Of a stretch of 64,000 nucleotides of DNA, positions 60,446-64,000 are shown piece by piece. Origin of the DNA: Promethearchaeota archaeon (lineage in GTDB: Archaea; Asgardarchaeota; Lokiarchaeia; Sigyniarchaeales; SOKP01); assembly GCA_030599585.1 (NCBI GenBank), contig JAUVNS010000011.1, positions 96,001 through 160,000 of the forward strand. The letters run 5' to 3'. The position numbers and the translations under genes are program-made. Within the stretch, counting starts at the first letter, position 1; every line of letters begins with the position of its first letter. The notes under the pieces were generated by a model. The model was not told the DNA's origin, searched no databases, and was given only the letters and a program-made list of their open reading frames with translations.

Positions 60446-60697
60446 TTGAGTAAGGGAGAAGAATCCATTCAGGAGTTAAAATGCTTACTTGGGAATATGG
60501 GGGTTGAAATATTTTTCGCAATCGAAAAGGGAGCTAAAGACTATGAGAGTATGAAAATATTCTCTGGATTACCAATGGCTTGTATTAAAGGACGGGTACC
60601 AGTTCTCCTCGAATTAAAGCTTGTAAAAAAAAATATTGAAGGCTATATTTTAACGGAAAAGGGTTGGGACTTTAAGGAAAAGATCGAAAACGACTAA
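60446..60697 (+). CDS. Small winged-helix-like protein
   Basis: LLELKLVKK...YILTEKG wH terminus; 6 bp after the previous gene. Confidence 0.6.
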   Translation: MSKGEESIQELKCLLGNMGVEIFFAIEKGAKDYESMKIFSGLPMACIKGRVPVLLELKLVKKNIEGYILTEKGWDFKEKIEND

Positions 60698-60703
60698 TTA
60701 ATA

Positions 60704-60789
60704 AATTTAAATTTCAGTTTGGGGCGACAACGTCATCGCTTTGAGCAAAAGCTCTTTCGATTGTCATAAGTTCATCATTAATCTAAATT
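60704..60789 (-). ncRNA. C/D-box guide sRNA, predicted guide for 23S rRNA Gm2251 (E. coli numbering)
   Basis: C box ATGATGA (60778-60772), C' CGATGA, D box CTGA (60717-60714), 10-bp terminal stem; D guide TGTCGCCCCA complementary to the P-loop UGGGGCG. Confidence 0.78.
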
Positions 60790-60798
60790 CTTATTGTT

Positions 60799-61293
60799 TT
60801 ATAATTCTTCGTCAGTTAAATTTTTTTTCCTAAAGAATTTCCTTTCGTAATATCCTGGTGTTTTTAAACCACCATATTCAAGAATTAGTTCTTTTAATCC
60901 CCCCTCTTTTTTTATACGTTTTTTTATTCTGTGATAATCTTGGGGACTTAATTCTTTTTGTTCTAAAAGAAAATCCAATATTTTTAAAGCATCTTCAGTG
61001 TCTATACATCTTCTAAGGAAGTCAACCGTTCCAGGATTTTTTAATTCTTCGTAAAAGGGTTCTTTTGGATGCTTTACAATCTCTGCTTGTTCATGCTCGA
61101 TATCATCGTTTACTCCTTCGATCTTGAGAGTTTTTTTTTTAACAGATAATTCATGCATTAATCGAGGAAATTGAGCCTCTAAATCGCTTTTATCGTATGA
61201 AAGGTTCAATCCTTCTTCATCGTTGATTTCAAGATTTTTCTTCAATTTATTCTCTAAAGTTTTTTTCACTTTGTTTTTTTCTTCTTCTTTCAT
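60799..61293 (-). CDS. DUF2095 family protein
   Basis: FPRLMHEL, PGTVDFLRRCIDTEDALKILDFL...KTPGYYER. Confidence 0.75.
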   Translation of the reverse strand: MKEEEKNKVKKTLENKLKKNLEINDEEGLNLSYDKSDLEAQFPRLMHELSVKKKTLKIEGVNDDIEHEQAEIVKHPKEPFYEELKNPGTVDFLRRCIDTEDALKILDFLLEQKELSPQDYHRIKKRIKKEGGLKELILEYGGLKTPGYYERKFFRKKNLTDEEL

Positions 61294-61495
61294 TTTCTTA
61301 ATTGCATTTTTATTTCTTCTGATATTTTTCTTATTTTTTATGTTCCAAGTGATAAAACATTCTAGGTTCTATTATGTATTATCATAAATTTAAAACTATA
61401 AAATTATTAACAATCATATAAAAAGAAGAAATAATAAAATTAATTAATTTTACATTATTTCAACATTTATAAAACTATTGGAGTTTGCCTAAATC

Positions 61496-62080
61496 TTGAA
61501 GTCTGGATATAGTTATGTAAAAGATACTTTCGAAAAACACGAAACTGGATATCAAACAAATCACTGGAAAAGAGGAATTGAATACAGAAAAGGAAAATCT
61601 ATTGAACGAGTTGAAAAACCGACTAAATTGCATAGAGCACGTACTTTAGGCTATAAGGCAAAACAAGGATATGTCGTTGTTCGAGCTAGAATCCGAAAAG
61701 GGGGAATGCATAAAGTTAGACCAAAAAGGGGGAGAAAACCTCGAGCAATGGGTGTTTCTAAGTACACAACCGGTAAAAATTTACAATGGGTAGCTGAAGA
61801 ACGCGTACAGCGAAAATACCCAAATTTAGAGGTTCTGAATAGCTATAAAGTATATGCCGATGGAAGGAGTTGGTATTACGAAGTTATTATGGTGGACCCA
61901 AGTCATCCGGTTATTAAATCAGACCCAAAAATTAATTGGATTTGCGAACCTCAACACACAAGAAGAGTAGCTCGTGGATTATCTTCTTCTGGAAAGAAAG
62001 CACGCGGATTATATAAGAAAGGATGGGGTTCCGAAAAAACTCGACCAAGCTTAGGTGCCAATAAGGGGCGTGGAAAGTAA
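61496..62080 (+). CDS. rpl15e: 50S ribosomal protein L15e
   Basis: RARTLGYKAKQGYVVVRARIRKGG, AEERVQRKYPNLEVLNSY, YEVIMVDPSHP. Confidence 0.97.
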   Translation: MKSGYSYVKDTFEKHETGYQTNHWKRGIEYRKGKSIERVEKPTKLHRARTLGYKAKQGYVVVRARIRKGGMHKVRPKRGRKPRAMGVSKYTTGKNLQWVAEERVQRKYPNLEVLNSYKVYADGRSWYYEVIMVDPSHPVIKSDPKINWICEPQHTRRVARGLSSSGKKARGLYKKGWGSEKTRPSLGANKGRGK

Positions 62081-62196
62081 TTAGAACTACATACTTAACC
62101 CTAGTCTTATCTACTTAATAATAAAAGCAATATTTTAATTATTTGCAAATTATTTAATTTATATTAAAACAAAATAATACATTTTTTTAGAACTCA

Positions 62197-62331
62197 GGAC
62201 TCGTAGCCTAGCATGGCTGTTTTTACTCCAGTATAAATGGTGTAAATAGGGCGTCGGACTTCTAATCCGAATGTCGCAGGTTCGAAATTATGAATTAAAA
62301 AATAATTCAAACGAAAATCCTGCCGGGTCCG
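62197..62331 (+). tRNA. tRNA-Arg(TCT) with two non-canonical introns (62217-62245 in the D-loop; 62287-62317 in the T-loop)
   Basis: Removing both inserts gives a 75-nt cloverleaf with TCGGA-CTTCTAA-TCCGA; both junctions form bulge-helix-bulge motifs. Confidence 0.9.
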
Positions 62332-62514
62332 CTTAATTTCAAAATAAGAATATTGTGTTTGGCTTGATTTCATCGTAAGCAGGTGATTTAAGCCTAATGG
62401 ATAAATCTTTTCTACAAAAATTAATAAATCATTAATAGATGGTTTTTTTTATATTTGACGTATAATAGTTAATAAATTAATATTTTTGAATCACCTTTAT
62501 GAACCAAGAATTCC

Positions 62515-63240
62515 ATGCTTAAGAAAAAATTATTTATTCATCAGAATATCCCATATGCCTTTAACTGGAATATCGCACACCACAAACAAAAAATATCTCC
62601 TGAAAACCCTTATCGAGAGGAATTTAAAACTCTGGGTTCTTACTTTAAAAAGATTTACCAAGGAACCATACCGAATGAGTTATTCAATACACGCAACCTC
62701 CCACGCGTCTCGCAATTTAAAATCCGAGGTTTGAGACCCGCTTTCCTAAACAGTTTTAGTAAAAAATTAATTCGAGAGGGAAAAATTATGCAATATGGTT
62801 CAGATTCAAAATTACCGAATTATGCCAATACAGTTTATGAAAATTTTAGAGTTAACAAAATTGGTAAAAAGCCTGGGCACGAACCGATTTTAAAGAATAT
62901 TTTAATCAAAGATAGTAATTCTGTTGCGATTGAAATACCCATATGGAAAAAGATTGATAATAAGGTAGTAACCGGACATATTGACCTTATTCAAATCGAA
63001 AACTCTCTAGTAAAGGTGATAGATTATAAGCCTGAAGGAAATTTTATGATTTCTCTTCCACAAGTTGCCACATACGGACTTTTAGTTAAGTCCATGTTCA
63101 ATTTACATAAAATTAGATGCGTTTCCTTTAATAAGAAGGAGGCTTGGGAATACGATCCAGATATTTTATTGTCTGATGTTAAAAACTACTTAATCTCACA
63201 GAGAGTTAACAATAGAACTTGGGAAGACTACTTGATCTAG
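62515..63240 (+). CDS. PD-(D/E)XK nuclease family protein
   Basis: H...EIPIW...TGHIDLIQ...VIDYKP...QVATYG. Confidence 0.78.
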   Translation: MLKKKLFIHQNIPYAFNWNIAHHKQKISPENPYREEFKTLGSYFKKIYQGTIPNELFNTRNLPRVSQFKIRGLRPAFLNSFSKKLIREGKIMQYGSDSKLPNYANTVYENFRVNKIGKKPGHEPILKNILIKDSNSVAIEIPIWKKIDNKVVTGHIDLIQIENSLVKVIDYKPEGNFMISLPQVATYGLLVKSMFNLHKIRCVSFNKKEAWEYDPDILLSDVKNYLISQRVNNRTWEDYLI

Positions 63241-63247
63241 GTATAAT

Positions 63248-63520
63248 CTACTTCAATTTTGTTTTTACTTTTTGGACTGATTTATTACGCCCCTCTTCTT
63301 TTGGAATGACATATCTTCGAAGTAAGAAATAACTTATGATAATACCTATAACCTCAACGGTAATTCCAGCAAAGGCAATTATAGTTCCTTCAAAACCTGC
63401 AAATCTTAGGAATATTGCAAAACCTAAACCAGAAATTGTAAGTCCTACAAGAAGTATTCCAATTAAAATCTGTGAAAACGAAGATTTTATGTATCCTAAT
63501 TCCTTTTTTAACCAGGGCAT
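63248..63520 (-). CDS. Small two-TM membrane protein
   Basis: Two hydrophobic helices and a basic tail. Confidence 0.6.
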   Translation of the reverse strand: MPWLKKELGYIKSSFSQILIGILLVGLTISGLGFAIFLRFAGFEGTIIAFAGITVEVIGIIISYFLLRRYVIPKEEGRNKSVQKVKTKLK

Positions 63521-63621
63521 AAGTAAATCAAATGAATTTAAATAGAGTTTTAGTGTAAAATTGTAAGTAAATTAAATTATATTAATTTTAAAATTTTTGT
63601 TATTTTTTTTTGAAGTGTTTA

Positions 63622-63990
63622 CTATTTTTTAGGTTTCTTCTTAAATTTAATGTAGAGCGCTTTATCGAATAAATTTCCAATTTTTAAGGCAATTTTGTTT
63701 GAAATTTTGTATCGTTCTCCTTCTAACATCCCTTTAATTTCTTCGGGATTCGGAGAGCGATGTAGTCTCTCAGAGAGAATTTCATTAATAAATGTTGCTA
63801 CTTCATGTTTTATTCTTTCTATATCGGGTAATTTCATATCTGGAACGAAAGATTTAATTTTTTCGACCGCAAACAAATAAAACTCGCAGAATCTAGAAAA
63901 AATATCGCCCTTTAATCCACAATGTAATTGAATTTGTTCAGTTAGTGTTTTTGTATCTTTTTTGCTCCAATAAAATTGTTGTGGATTCAC
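63622..63990 (-). CDS. Hypothetical protein (possibly 5'-truncated by the window edge)
   Basis: 122-aa ORF; frame stays open to position 64000. Confidence 0.5.
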   Translation of the reverse strand: MNPQQFYWSKKDTKTLTEQIQLHCGLKGDIFSRFCEFYLFAVEKIKSFVPDMKLPDIERIKHEVATFINEILSERLHRSPNPEEIKGMLEGERYKISNKIALKIGNLFDKALYIKFKKKPKK

Positions 63991-64000
63991 CCCACGACGG

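Noticed and set aside
62515-63240. Nuclease as Cas4 / CRISPR-associated
   Set aside because: No Fe-S cysteine set, no other cas genes and no repeat-spacer array in the window

Overview
AT-rich archaeal chromosomal segment. Gene content (Rab-like GTPase, uDENN/longin-like protein, membrane-anchored HEAT solenoid, MCM/GINS/Topo VI, rpl15e) points to an Asgard archaeon, most likely Lokiarchaeia (inference). In order: 5' part of a bacterial-type LeuRS; a lipS2-lipoate ligase-lipS1-fbiB(cofE+nitroreductase)-cofD operon; a 7-gene MoxR/DUF58/DUF4350/transglutaminase-like surface operon; a Pro-rich coiled-coil Zn-ribbon protein; HDAC, Rab, Zn-ADH and UvrD; MCM, a TM-HEAT protein, GINS, PyrE and Topo VI A/B; CoaBC and EndoQ; a second AAA-vWA-SWIM operon; an orphan Dam methylase; a glycyl radical enzyme; tRNA-Ala; an smc-scpA-scpB operon behind a degenerate Cdc6; nitrilase, HAD, DENN-like protein, DUF2095, a C/D-box sRNA, rpl15e, a two-intron tRNA-Arg and a PD-(D/E)XK nuclease. 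The most striking signal is a remodelled condensin system. The 1489-aa SMC has intact heads but no recognisable hinge or zinc hook, and its arms are built from ~90-98-aa repeats. The kleisin (ScpA) and ScpB have N-terminal extensions missed by the ORF track because of non-canonical starts. The ScpA extension is a LEM-like/HeH module that recurs in close copy in the C-terminal tail of Topo VI B. No CRISPR array, rRNA, transposase or integrase was seen. All assignments come from reading motifs by eye; no searches were run.
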